Shown: positions 49,223-61,365, numbered from the whole stretch's first letter. The stretch: DNA of 63,471 nt, filler included, from Hausera hauseri (GCA_046269625.1; 11 parts of 11 records of this genome joined end to end with filler, not necessarily neighbours in it); one strand, 5' to 3'. Notes: generated by a model not told the origin, from the sequence alone. Numbers and translations are program-made.

Positions 49223-50373
49223 AGTTTAACGAGGCAACCGGAAAACGTTATACGAATAAATTACACACTAAAACGAGATCAAGGGAAGACGTAATAGAAC
49301 ATCCCACACCAACGATATTAATATCAGATACACATAGATTAAAGTTCATCCGGAAGGAGATGTTAACACGCTGCGATGTATTTATGTATGCCACAAATTA
49401 TGAAGCATTTTTCGTAGCAGAAACTGAAATCAACATAAAAACCTATAATTTAAAAACGCAAGATATACGGATCGAGGATTATCTCAAAAATCAAGGCCAC
49501 TATTTCTATTATAAAGGACAGACCGGAATAGCAGAACTATACCACAAAATGATAACGAATGACTGCAGATTAGATACTGAAGTCATGGGAACCAAATTAA
49601 CCCTAATTTAAGGCAACCAAGAATTGGTATCACCAATAATACCGATGAAAAAAGGTGTTTTCGGACGGGTTACCGGAGAAATTCGATTAACATACGAATG
49701 CAAAAAAGAGACGTGCCGATCAATGTAGAAGAAAAAAGATGCATGCAAGAGTTACCAGTCATTTACGAGATTATGCCAAGATTGACAATGCAACTCACTA
49801 GAGTAATATTGGCAAACTCGACCGAGAAAACAATACTGAAAGAATGCAAAACAAGCTTAGGCGAACCTATATTTCTACGTAGTGGTACTGACGGGATAAG
49901 TTTACCTAATTGAGGTGCTGCTGTAGCACCAAGCAAGCTAACTGGAACTAATCTAATCAAAAGATACGGCCAACAAAGGAATCTATAGGCCAAAGGACAT
50001 AGAAGCCTTTAGGCAATTTTTAGCACTTCCGCGACAGAGAACTTATGAACTGAATCGAGCGATGTCAATGGTCATGGATGACACCCGTTTTCAAGCAAAG
50101 TTGGAATCACTACTTGGTGCTAATCACTATCAAAGAGTAACTTCAGAAATACTGTATAAGATTTGGGGAAGGTTTCTGATTTTCGGACAAGCTGCCTCTG
50201 GATTCCTAGCCATCTACTTCTTAGTCTAATTAATTAAGGCAGTAATCCAAGCCATTATCAATGGATATAAAATATTCACATTAACAGGATTCTCCTGCAA
50301 AATACTGACTGCAATTATCACAACTTTTTGTGAAAATGCTCAAGGCCTACGAAGAAAATCGATGGAAGAATGA
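48965..50373 (+). pseudogene. Chuvirus/Jingchuvirales-type (class III, gB-related) fusion glycoprotein, interrupted
   Basis: Motifs in the expected order: DYCVGGEY, VWSPPSKRDC, RCDVFMYATNYEAFFVAE, ELYHKMITNDCRLD, GVFGRVTGEIRLTYECK, RCMQELPV, TRVI, GIYRPKDIEAFRQFLALPRQR, then the TM region WGRFLIFGQAASGFLAIYFLV*LIKAVIQAIINGYKIFTLTGFSCKILTAI. Confidence 0.78.
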
Positions 50374-50999
50374 CGTAGAACTCCACGTCGGGTACTATAA
50401 TCGCAAACGGCGAGGAAAGCCTTCGATTTTGCATAGACGTAAAAATAAGAAAATAGTAACACGAAAGGATGATTCAGATGATGACGAGCCTAAGGGGGAG
50501 AAGTGAGTTCCGGAATGAAGATGCACAAAATGCACTCAGTGATTAACGCGCCATTACCCATCATGCTACCAACAGCACCAATATATGGAGACTGCGACCG
50601 CAATTCAATCGTGTCATGCAGGTCCGAAATCTATCAAAACCCCATTAATTATGAATACCCTTATTAAAAAACAAAACAATATGGAGTACTACGGAAATTG
50701 AATGTTATAAATCAAGGACCAATAGGAAACGATCATGAAATATTGTACTCAAAAAGAATACCGCGTCACATAGAATCGAAATCAACGATCTGGGAGAACC
50801 CGAAACTGCGTTCAATCTCGGGTTCACTACCCTAGGAACTGCTCATTGACAGTCGCGTTACTGAGATAACAAATAACGACTTGTACCCGAAAGGAGAATT
50901 AAGACAATTAAGGCAAGATATCATTTCATCGCCAGAGATAAAAATAAATGGACACAGAGTCTCCACTATAAAACAGCCAAAAATAGCGTCAAATTGTTT

Positions 51000-51345
51000 T
51001 GGGACAGTAGTAGAAGGGAGACCTTTCGTTAAAATACACATCGAAGATTGGGTAGTACATGACTTAATCAACACAAGATCAGAAAAATCATTTATGAAAT
51101 ACAAATCGATACCGACCACATTACGGGAACATCTATGCCCACCATTATCATCAGACCCAGGTAGCGTATGAGCATTTGAGCAAGTATCGAAGCTGAAATT
51201 TAAATGGACTCCTATCGTTTATATGATTGTCCAAGCGCTTCAACATGAATTTGCGATAATGGACCAGTTAACAGGTGATGTAGTGTTAGGTTGTGATATA
51301 TTGAAACAGATACCAGGTACGGCAATCGATGTGCACAACGGAAAA
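51000..51345 (+). pseudogene. Retropepsin (A2 aspartic protease) remnant
   Basis: GRPFVKIHIEDWVVHDLINTRSEKSFM (degenerate LIDTGS..S) and HEFAIMDQLTGDVVLGCDILKQI (D.ILG.D.L). Confidence 0.7.
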
Positions 51346-51595
51346 TTAATTGAGTATGAAACAATAAAAGGGACAAAAGTAATGAAGGAAATGAAATCGG
51401 GCGAAATGTGGATTCCAGTAGACGAGGACATTCCGCCAGAACTGAAATGATAATTTTTGCACAGATTCGTCAAGACGAAGACCTACAGGTATATTNNNNN
51501 NNNNNNNNNNNNNNNNNNNNNNNNNNNNNNNNNNNNNNNTTAATTAATTAANNNNNNNNNNNNNNNNNNNNNNNNNNNNNNNNNNNNNNNNNNNN

Positions 51596-52465
51596 GTTTC
51601 TAAATCCGTGTCCACTTTTTCCACATATCAAACATAAGTTGTTTAAAGGGCAGTTTCTTCTAATGTGTCCATATTTTCCACAGCAAAAACAATCACCATT
51701 CGATAGAACTTCCTCTTTCGGTGATGGTAGGTGTTTCATGCGGCATTAGAGCTTACTGGCTTCATGATGCGCAGAGTGCGTTGGAGCCTGTCTTCTTCTA
51801 TCTACGATCAAACTGGAACGTGGTTTCTGGTCCTGAGCAATGTTACTGTTCATCGACCTTGTTTCAAACCTTTCTTTTTTAATATTCTGTTCTACTGTTG
51901 TGTATGAACAGTGTTCTGTCATATTCTTTGGGTTTCACATATGTTGTCTTTCTGAAATTTTGGTTGGAAGACTTTGCCACATTCCGTAATGACTTCTTCA
52001 ATGTAGCCACTTCTCTGAACTCTTCTACGGTTTGGCTATCTTCCAAAATTTTAGCCTCTTCCCTCATCTCTTCTCGGTTTGAAAACAAACGGCTCTCTTA
52101 GCACTTTTGAGCTGATTCGTTTCCTTAGCACTTCTTGAACAAAATCTTCTTTGTACAACTCAAAAATTTTGTCAGTTGCTTGGCGCCCTCTGATTTCAAA
52201 TGTTAATAACTTTTCTCTTCTTTTTATATATATATATATTGGCCAATTCTACTACCTCATCAACAGGGTTCACCTTCCTCATAAACGTCGTTATAAACCA
52301 CATTATGGCTCCTTCATCCGACGGTTGGTTTCCCTTTTTTTTGAAATCAGTCTACAGAACTCTGGCCTTTTCCGTTAACAAGAATTCGCATAGCTCCACA
52401 AACGCCCACCAAAAAAATTTGTTTGCATGAATCATGTCTTCCAGCCATCCTTTTGCTAAATCCAT
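51596..52465 (-). pseudogene. Retrotransposon gag fragment with two CCHC zinc knuckles
   Basis: CFCCGKYGHIRRNC and CLICGKSGHGFRN (cut by contig end). Upstream helical segments are interrupted. Confidence 0.75.
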
Positions 52466-54328
52466 AAATGATCAATCAAATTACCGAAGTGAGACATCAT
52501 AGTATTTGTGGAAGTGTTCGTGATAGTCCGGAGGAGTTATATTACCTGGTCCCATTATCCTGGTTGGATTTCCAGTAAAGAAGACTTTGCTCGGCAAAGT
52601 CGGCGGGTCGAAATCCTGAATGTCACTTATATTCTTGTCGCACATATTAATTCAATTGAAGTCTTATCAGTTTTTAAAATGTATTTATTTTAGATCCAAT
52701 ATTAAAACAAATTAAAATGAATAATAATTTTTCTTATTGTTTATTTTTGCTTCTCCATTACTGGAACAGCACCTTACTGCTATTCAGAATTTTACAAGTT
52801 CTACCGTTTTAAAAATACAATACTTTATGTTGATTAATAATATGAAACACTGTTATGCAAACAAAACTAAGATGGTTCAAAATTGACTACGAAATGTTAC
52901 GTCATTTCGCACTTTAGCAGTTTTCCCCGTAACTTGCAAAGGAATTTTGAAATTTCATAAAATTTTCGTCTCTTTTTTAACCAATGTTTTACAAAAGTCC
53001 CATTTCCAGTTTATCATTCATGTTATATTGAAGTACAATGTTTTCGTATAATTATCAGTCGTCTCTCTAATATTTCTTCCTTCTATATACATTCGACGAT
53101 GATATGTTATGAACCAAATGTTAGAAGAATATTTAATCTGTCGACAAAATATCAAGAAAACCCAAAAAGCAAATATGTTGTTAATTCACAAAATATTCCT
53201 GCTTATTTTGATGGTAAATTGAAGAAGTACGAAATGATGTAACACCCAGAAACCTATATTACAAAATCTTCACTAGGTTTACAAAAGGTTTTCATATCAA
53301 TCATCAGCATAAAATTTGGAACTTGTAGAACCTCTAGAACTTGTAAAACCCTGACTAGCAATAATATGTTGTACCTTTGCAGAATGTTTCATTCTTTGTT
53401 ATTAGAATACAAAAAAATTGTCAACATAACTACTTAAGAAAAGATTCAAATTTTTGATATGCCTTCAACCGATATTACGGAATTTTTCAGTTAAAATTTT
53501 TTGTACTTTCCTTAACATTTTATTATTTTCTTCGAAACATTGCGATACGAAATAAAATAATGCACACAATCTTATCATGATAAAATACATACATCAACAT
53601 TATAAATAGTTTATTGGAGTTTGGTGAGAATTGTAAGTGATCCGTTTATAGATCCGAGAGGCGTTTGGATATCGCAACCTCAAACTTATGTTATTACTTC
53701 TATCTAATAAAAGCCTAGGGTTTCTCCTTCCCTTGAGGCTGGGTATTTTAATTGATCTTTTGAGCAGCCTGTGGGCCTGCTGGATAAAAGAGTTTGCCTT
53801 AGGGTGAGCTCGGTCGCAGGAAGAACACTGGTCGAGTAATCCCTGCCATGATTTTAGAGATTTTAAATTTTCGGTTTTTACTGACCGGAATAGAAAATGG
53901 GAATCTTTTATTCTTTAATTAATCTTACTATTAAATATACTTAGTTTCAGATACACCACCAAAATACACTATAGAAGAATTAAAAATAATAAATACAAAG
54001 GTTTAAAATAAAGTAAAATAAGATGAAATAAAACCCTTTAAAATAAAAATAAAAATCAACATATAACAAGACTTACAAGTGTTATAAATGTACATATCGA
54101 TTCGATATCAGTTCAATGGTATTCTCTCCTTCGTTAAAATGTAACATGCTTTTATACCATTTCTGTACAAATAACATATTGAAAAAATTTACAATTAAAA
54201 TTTTCATATTTACGTTAAAGAAAAGAAAATATTTCAAGAAGGTGAAAATTAAAATAGTATATTACAGTGTCACATGTTTTATTAAATTTCAATTGTTTGT
54301 CTTGTTCACACATTTGCAATCAACTTTT

Positions 54329-55228
54329 TCAATCGACTTTCTCAATATCTCCCTCCTCAGATGGCGCTGACCTCAGTGTAGCCAGAGTGTAAGTTTCTAA
54401 GACGCCGTTATCATATCTATAGTTGGAAGAATCGTATCGGAGCATGTGTCCTTTTTTCTTAAACAAGAGTTTAAGGGTAAAGGTATCTTTAGGAGTTGAT
54501 TTCTTTTTTATTTTCTTTTTGACTGGGGTAACGCGACTTGATATAGAAAAGTCATTATCTATTTTAGCGATTAAGTCACTAAACGTAGAGGGTATTTGAG
54601 CATGAATAGACTGGGATAATATCTTGTCTGGGGAATCTCCGATATCCATAAGTTCTGTGACTAGTTTATTTGTCGTAAGGGTAAGAGCTAGAAACTGCTC
54701 ATTAGTTACTACAGTACAAGTAGGATTTTGTGCAGTTTTTGCAAACATTTGAGCATCTATTTCTGATAAATAATCTTTCGTGGATTGATACATCTTAAGA
54801 ATTACTGCCGCTTTCTCTTTTGTTTTGTACGGATATTTTGAACCGTTAAATTTCATTAATATTTGTTTAAGGGTAAGTTTTCCTTGTGGGTTAATATCTG
54901 GATAATAAAAGAGATCCTTAATTCCCAATATACGATCAAAGTTAATCAGAGCAATTTGCGAATTCACGTTGTAAATATTCATTCCGATAATCATTTTTCC
55001 AGCTAATTGCTGTCTAATATTAGGTCTAGCTTGATATTCGTCAGTTTGTCCAATAAGGTCGATTTCTTTTAACCCAGCGATTTGACTATCGTAATTGTCA
55101 ATTCTACCTCTTGGGACTATAACTTGGTCTATAATTATTGTCTGATCCAGATCCATGATTGTTATCTCAGTCAAAACTAATTCCCTAGTGCGGACTGGTG
55201 TCATTAAATAGGCGATATTTTTTGCCAT
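54329..55228 (-). CDS. DEDDh (REX4/ISG20-like) exonuclease-fold protein with catalytic residues apparently replaced
   Basis: LTEITIMDLDQTIIIDQVIVPRGRIDNYDSQIAGLKEIDL, LAGKMIIGMNIYNV, KDL, LTLKQI and YKTKEKAAVILKMY parallel LARVSIVN..G.V.YD..V.P...V.DY.T..SGI...L, L.GKILVGH.L.ND, RDT, SLK.L and H.S.EDARA.M.LY. The 299-aa ORF is uninterrupted. Confidence 0.68.
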   Translation of the reverse strand: MAKNIAYLMTPVRTRELVLTEITIMDLDQTIIIDQVIVPRGRIDNYDSQIAGLKEIDLIGQTDEYQARPNIRQQLAGKMIIGMNIYNVNSQIALINFDRILGIKDLFYYPDINPQGKLTLKQILMKFNGSKYPYKTKEKAAVILKMYQSTKDYLSEIDAQMFAKTAQNPTCTVVTNEQFLALTLTTNKLVTELMDIGDSPDKILSQSIHAQIPSTFSDLIAKIDNDFSISSRVTPVKKKIKKKSTPKDTFTLKLLFKKKGHMLRYDSSNYRYDNGVLETYTLATLRSAPSEEGDIEKVD

Positions 55229-55238
55229 TACAACTATG

Positions 55239-55953
55239 TCACTTTTTTGAATTTTTGTTGATCTGGAAAAAAAGGCCTTTTTCTAATTGCTGTTTACTAG
55301 GAAAAATCGATTCATATGTTGGAATATGATATTCTGGTTGAGGGATCTTCTCCCTCCGAATTACTTCGACATAAATAATCGAATGGGGTCCGCCATTTGT
55401 TCGTATTAGTATAACGACATTTTTGTAGAATCTTTGATCCAGGCGGATAGTATAAAACATTGGTAATCCCCATATATCGGTAAATCCATTTGAGTGGAAT
55501 CTGCTTTTAAATTGAATGCTTTTTTTGACTGTAGATATATATATATACATCGGTTGTACGATCCGAAAGGTCAACGAGGTCTGATAGTTTCGTCGAATCA
55601 TTAGGCAATTTAATAATTAGACCACTTCTTTGGGATATAGTGTGTCCCTTAAGATTGTTGGGGATCAATGAGGCCTTACCGTAATATAGATAATCTTTCT
55701 GCAATGTTGCGTTGAGATTCGTTGTAATATTAAAGTAGAAAGATTTTGGTCTCTGCACAATTTCGGATCCTTGTTGGACTGAAAGGAGAAATATCAATAT
55801 AAATGAAAGAAATTCTTGTCTCAAAACAATAAAAATAATATTTTTGTAGGTCACAAGGTGCCTTGCGGCCTTATTATTTTTAGTAGAAGTGTTCCTTGGG
55901 TAGGTCGCCAAGAATTTTCCTACCTCATTTTTTATATGTGTACATGAGTACAC
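55239..55953 (-). CDS. Two overlapping uncharacterised ORFs (55507-55953 and 55239-55601), possibly one frameshifted gene upstream of the exonuclease
   Basis: Same strand as the pol and exonuclease ORFs and contiguous with them. No recognisable motif. Confidence 0.35.
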
Positions 55954-56198
55954 AGTTACACTTTTTTGAGGGGAGATTTGCCGCCTATGGTCGGTTAGCT
56001 CTTCGGCTGACCGTTTTTGATTATTCTTTATGAACGGATCGTCAGCCCGTTTAAGTTCGGTGAACTTATATGTTCGCCGATATTCGTCATTATTAGATGC
56101 ATTTGGTAAATCAATTTATGAATCCCTTAATAATTTTAGTTGAATTAACATTTTTCGTATCCTACAGGTTTGCTGTCTCATTTTAGAGTAATAAATTA

Positions 56199-57310
56199 TT
56201 AACGTAAGAGTATAATTAATAATACCAAAAGAACACATAATATACTAATCATCCAAAGGTATTTGTTAAAAGTCTCTCCTTGGAGTTGTATAGGAGTTGT
56301 TTTCGTGACACTCTTTGTAACGGTCATCGGTAATCTCAACGTTTTTTCTATATTTCTAACAATTTGTAGAACTTGTCCATCTTCGTCTAGCTCTGTTATA
56401 ACAATGCCATAATTAATGTCGGCCTGCAGGGAGGTACAGGCCGATGTTGGTTCATCCGGAGTTAATACTCCTTCACTGACTATTTCATGATTAAAATGAC
56501 ATTTGAATTTTCTATTCGTTGTCTTTAAGTCTGTTACTGTAATAATTAATGAATACATTGTTGGTTGGATAATTGTGTCTAATTCCTTAACGACTTTCTT
56601 GAGTTCCATTGCTGATCTGGTTATGTTATCGAATTACTAGATTGTGTTACTAAATTAGTTGTCTTCTCTGTTATCCTTATTGGGGGCTTCACGATTATCT
56701 CCGGGCCATCCGCTGTTTTTGACCATGTATAACCATTATACGTGGTGCAATAATATATCGTGTACTCTTTATTAAACACAATAGGGCAGCACATATATGG
56801 GTTCTGATAGTTTGGTTTGCAGTACGTGCTATTGATACCATCAAATATTATATATTTGAACGCGACACATCTCGCGATTACAACATCGGGTTCCGCTGTT
56901 ACACAATGTCCGTCCTTCATGATCTTAGTGCAAAATGAAATGAGAAAACAAGGTCAATGGAAATAATGGGTAGTATCAGGGAATGAGAAATATGTTCTAT
57001 AGCTGTGATCACTATTTCCAATGGCATATTGGATCCTATAGGCTTCTCCGAATGAGAGCCCACAAAAAATATGTATTGAATGATTGTAGTACAAATCACG
57101 GTTTTCTGGCGTTGCTTTCTCCACTGTAGGTAGTTTCGATACGAATATATGTATATATTCATCTGTTGTTAAATTTCGATTAGCCGTAATTTTTATACAA
57201 GGGTATTTTCCAACTTGTACGGCTTTATAATTTACATCCAAGGATTGGGCTGATATTCCAATCACTAAAGTTAGTACTACAAATGTGGTCATCAATAATG
57301 AACTGAGATT
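56199..57310 (-). pseudogene. Type I membrane protein (signal peptide, FN3-like/Cys-rich ectodomain, Thr-rich stalk, TM) fused to the integrase C-terminus
   Basis: After GPY..KVHVNRCK the frame continues LSSLLMTTFVVLTLVIGISAQS. FN3-like CGLSFGEAYRI and TSLQADINYGIVI follow. TM YLWMISILCVLLVLLIILLR. One in-frame stop (56954) and one frameshift/stop (~56615). Confidence 0.6.
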
Positions 57311-59108
57311 TTCATTCCTTATTTTTGATTCTATTGGTGCGAGCTTACATCTATTTACATGGACTTTTATTGGATCTATTTTATTTCTTTTATTTTTATT
57401 TAAGTATATGTTAGTTTTATCTACCTTTTGGACAATATATGGGCCTTTATATTGTCTGTCCAACTTTGGTGTCTTTCCCTTTTTACCCAAGGGTGTATGC
57501 AACATTACTTTATCTCCAGGTTTAAAGTCGTGTGGTTTTGCCTTTTCGTCATAGCGATCTGTATATACTTTTACACATCTTTATGTGATGTCAGGCTAAG
57601 TTCAATACATATCCTAATTTTTCTTGTAATAATTCTTCATACTCCACATCTTTCAAGTGAGAAACAGGCATTTTAAAATCCAAATCAATCGGCATGTGAG
57701 TATCTCTAAGATACATTAAATAAAAGTGTGTTTCTTTTGTTGCCGGGTGAATAGTATTTCTAATTGCAAACAAACATAGTTTAATATACTCATCCCGATC
57801 GTCTCGTCGTTCGTTAACCATGGTAGCTAGCATATTAGTTAAAATCCCCTTAAATCTTTCTACTGCTCTGTTTGTTTGAGGATGGTACAGAGTAGTTTTC
57901 AACTGAAGTGTCTAAAATATTTTTGATATTTATACCATAACTTCTCCTGTGAAGTTTTGTGCTTGGTCCATTAATAATTTGGTTCGCGCTCCATAATTAA
58001 GAACAATTTCTTTGACAAAAGCTTGAGCAATAGTTTGGGCATTTTGATCTGGTATTGGTAATACAACTGGCCATCTAGAGAATAGATCGACGAACACTAG
58101 CATGTATTTATTTCCATTCATTGTCATATGTAACGGTCCTAGAATGTACATTGCTGAGAATTCCACTGGAGCTGGTGGGCATTCCAATGGTTTAAGAGGA
58201 ACTTTAATTTTTGAAATAGTATTCTTTCTAGTGTCACAGATTGGGCAACTCTTGCACCAATCTTGAACATCTTTAGTCATAGTGTGCCAGTAATATATTC
58301 TTTTCAATCTTCCTAAGGTTCTTTTTACTGATTGGTGTCCTCCCATCATACCATCATGATATGGTATTAATAACAATTTTATATCTTCTTGGGAACAACT
58401 ACAACTGGTTTTCCTATATAATAATAATATAATACATCATCCTTTATTTCATAATTTTCGACAAACTTTTTTAGATGGGTATAAAGATCAATGTCACTTG
58501 GTATTACTTTTTTCTTTAGGTATTCCTTGATTTGTTTAATTTGTTTATCATTTTGCTGCTTTTGTAATAAGAATTTCTCTTGTTCTATAATACTCAATAT
58601 AGCTACTATGACGCCTGGTTTATCCGTGTATTCTTTGATTTGGTCTATATCTTCTGGTATTCTTGACATATAATCTGCATTAGCATTTGCTTTTCCCATT
58701 TTAAATTCAAACTTCAGATCATATGGCTGAAGCAACACTGCCCATTTCATTAGGCGACTATTTGGATTCTTATGATTTTTCAACCACTGTAGTGGCTTAT
58801 GATCAGTATAAACGATAATTGGTTTTGTTTGAGATAAATACTGACCATATTGTTCTAACGCATAGATAATGGCAAGCAGTTCCCTTTCAATTGTAGAATA
58901 ATTTTTCTCATGTTTTCTCAGCTTCCTTCCTCCAAATGATATAGGGTGTTCTTGTCCTTGATCATCTTTTTGTGACAGGACTACTCCAATTCCGACCTTA
59001 CTTGCATCTGTTGCTAGAAAGTATGGTTTTGACATATTAGGATACGCTAATATCGGTGGAGCTAATAAACTATCCTTTAATTGTTGATATGCCTTTTGAC
59101 ACTCTTGA
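57311..59108 (-). mobile_element. Ty3/Gypsy pol: RNase H and integrase (HHCC, core, GPY/F), degenerate
   Basis: PPILAYP, LATDASKVGIGVVLSQ, NYSTIERELLAI, YTDHKPLQWL, YHDGMMGGH..CKSCPIC, VDLFSRWP, DQAQNF, YHPQTNRAVERF and YKGPY. Confidence 0.95.
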
Positions 59109-59208
59109 NNNNNNNNNNNNNNNNNNNNNNNNNNNNNNNNNNNNNNNNNNNNTTAATTAATTAANNNNNNNNNNNNNNNNNNNNNNNNNNNNNNNNNNNN
59201 NNNNNNNN

Positions 59209-60306
59209 TCTAAAAGCATTCGTGTAGAAACGTGCTTGAATGTTATGAATCTCTTGATAAATTCTCAATCTCAAATCTTCAAGAGTATGAAAATTCGCAT
59301 TATTTGAGTACACATTTTCAAGTAAATGCAACCAAAACCAAAAATTGCAGGGCGTTAAGTCTGTAGAACGAGCTGGCCATTCAATTGGCCCTCGTCTACT
59401 TATCCATCGCCCCGGAAGTTGTAGATATAAAATTTCCCGACTTCTGTGGTAATAATGCGGCGGAGCTGCGTCGTGTTGAAATATCATTCTATTATTAAAT
59501 TGCCGAGTGAAAAAAGAAAATTTTTTAATCAAGAAAATTACAATATTATTCTCCAATCAATGTTTCATTAAGAATTTTAAAATCAATTAGTCCTCGACAG
59601 CCAATCAATGCCTACACAGTTATCGTTCGTGTCCGTGCAGTGTCAATGGCATGCCTCACATTAGGATTATCATTTGACTAATACACAAGGTTATGTTTAT
59701 TTACAGAGCCACTTAATCCAAATATGCATTCATCACTAAAAGTTTATTTTCTCAAATAACCGGGGTCATGATTGATTGTGCGTGTGATTGTTTCACAAAA
59801 TTCCAGTCTCCGATCACTATCACCGTCGTTTAGTTCTTGAGAAAAAGTGGCTTTCCATGGGCGAGCACCGATATCTTCATCCAAAATGCGTATCACACTG
59901 AATCGTGATATTCCTATTTCATCTAGCAATCTCCTGATTGACGTTTCTGCATTCTTATCAATGGCTTTACGAATAATCTGCACATTGTCATCTCCCGTGG
60001 CAGTTACCCTTAGCCCACTTCTTTATCCTTCTTCACAAACTGATCCTGTTTCCAAAAATCGGTCATTAATGTAATACAAAGTATTTTAGGTGGTGCTGGC
60101 ATATGTAATTGAGCTTCAAGCTTTATTGCGGTTCGCTGGTAACTTTCAAATGCTATTAACCATTATCAAGCATAAACCTTTTCTTGAATTGTAAATCCCT
60201 CCATCATAGTTACCTATTAACAAATAACAAAAAATATAAAAGTAAATGAAATGATTTTATCTATGTTAAATAAATGCTCAGTCCAAAGACTTTTGAACCA
60301 CCCGGA
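59209..60306 (-). mobile_element. Mariner-family DD41D (rosa-type) transposon, degenerate, 3'-truncated
   Basis: FQHDAAPPH...WISRRGPIEWPARSTDLTPCNFWFW has 41 residues between the second and third catalytic positions. Also QELNDGDSDRRLEFC and FSDECIF. TIR-like CCGGGTGGTTCAAAAGTC (minus strand) at ~60288-60305. Confidence 0.85.
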
Positions 60307-61365
60307 AATAGCTGCTCGGTAAAATTGGGCTAATTTTGGATATTTAGGCAATTTCGGTAATTATACACTTAATGAATGGAATTTCGACACTTTCGGGCAT
60401 GTTGAGAATTATGGTAATTCTACCAGGTTCTTTTATTTTTATTATCGACACAAGTAACTTCTTGGGATTTTGTTCACAGAATATCAGTTATTTCTATTGA
60501 TTCTCTCTCCTGGCAATTGATTTCGAAATTGAAACTGCAGTTGAAATAAAGCTTGACACTGGAAATGACGTTGAAAGAGACACAAAAATGTAAGTTTAAA
60601 TTGGCACTAAAATTGAAATTGACGTTGATTAAAACGAGATGTATTGGCTGAGTTTCCAGAATTTTCTAAAATCAAAGATAGGGTGAATTGCCTGCCCAAA
60701 ACGTGATGATACTTGTTTGATATTTAAATTTTTAGTTAATAGTTATTTATTTGTCACAGGAAAAATAAATTAAAAAGAATATTTTATATTTACGATTTGT
60801 TGAAAAACTATCACCCATGCCGAAGTAGCAGAATAAATTGCGAGCTCAAGATCGAAAACTGTTGGCGGCTATTACATGTCTATTTCACCACAAATTTGGG
60901 CAATGAGCAGAATTAATGGAATGATATCGAATTGGTGCAAAGTGGACGAGTTTAGCAATTGTGGTGTATTCTATATGATTAATCGCAATGTATATAATTT
61001 AGATTGATGTATAGATTGAAACGAAATTAAAAAGAAAAAAAGAATTTAATTTCTTTGTTAGTATGCTACTTGAGTGAACGATTTTGTATTTGGTCGAATT
61101 GACTATCAGCATATATGGGACAGAATTTTGACTTCCAGCAAGCAGAAACCAGGGAGCATCGGCCATGCCCCAAAACCCGCGCCGGTTTGAAGCTCTTGAT
61201 GCCAACCTTACTGCCGCGAAGCAGGGTTGCGCCCGCAACCACGGCACTACAGTACAATGCTGACATTGTTCACTTCGGCTAAAAAATCTGCATTGACTAA
61301 CCCTGATGTGCATTCATCTGGTTTAAAGCACTGAGAGATTGAACAAGCACATTCACAGTTTAACG

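Larger units (their letters stand above)
47157..51495 (+). mobile_element. Fragment of a large retroelement polyprotein: coiled coil, UBL, AT-hook, chuvirus-like glycoprotein, retropepsin; degenerate
   Basis: Intronless same-strand coding run across the whole contig, broken by stops and frameshifts. Domains are listed in the next three entries. Confidence 0.7.

Noticed and set aside
47157-59108. C9 glycoprotein/protease and C10 pol as one element
   Set aside because: They are separated by a linker, lie on opposite strands and share no overlap. Only read linkage could connect them.
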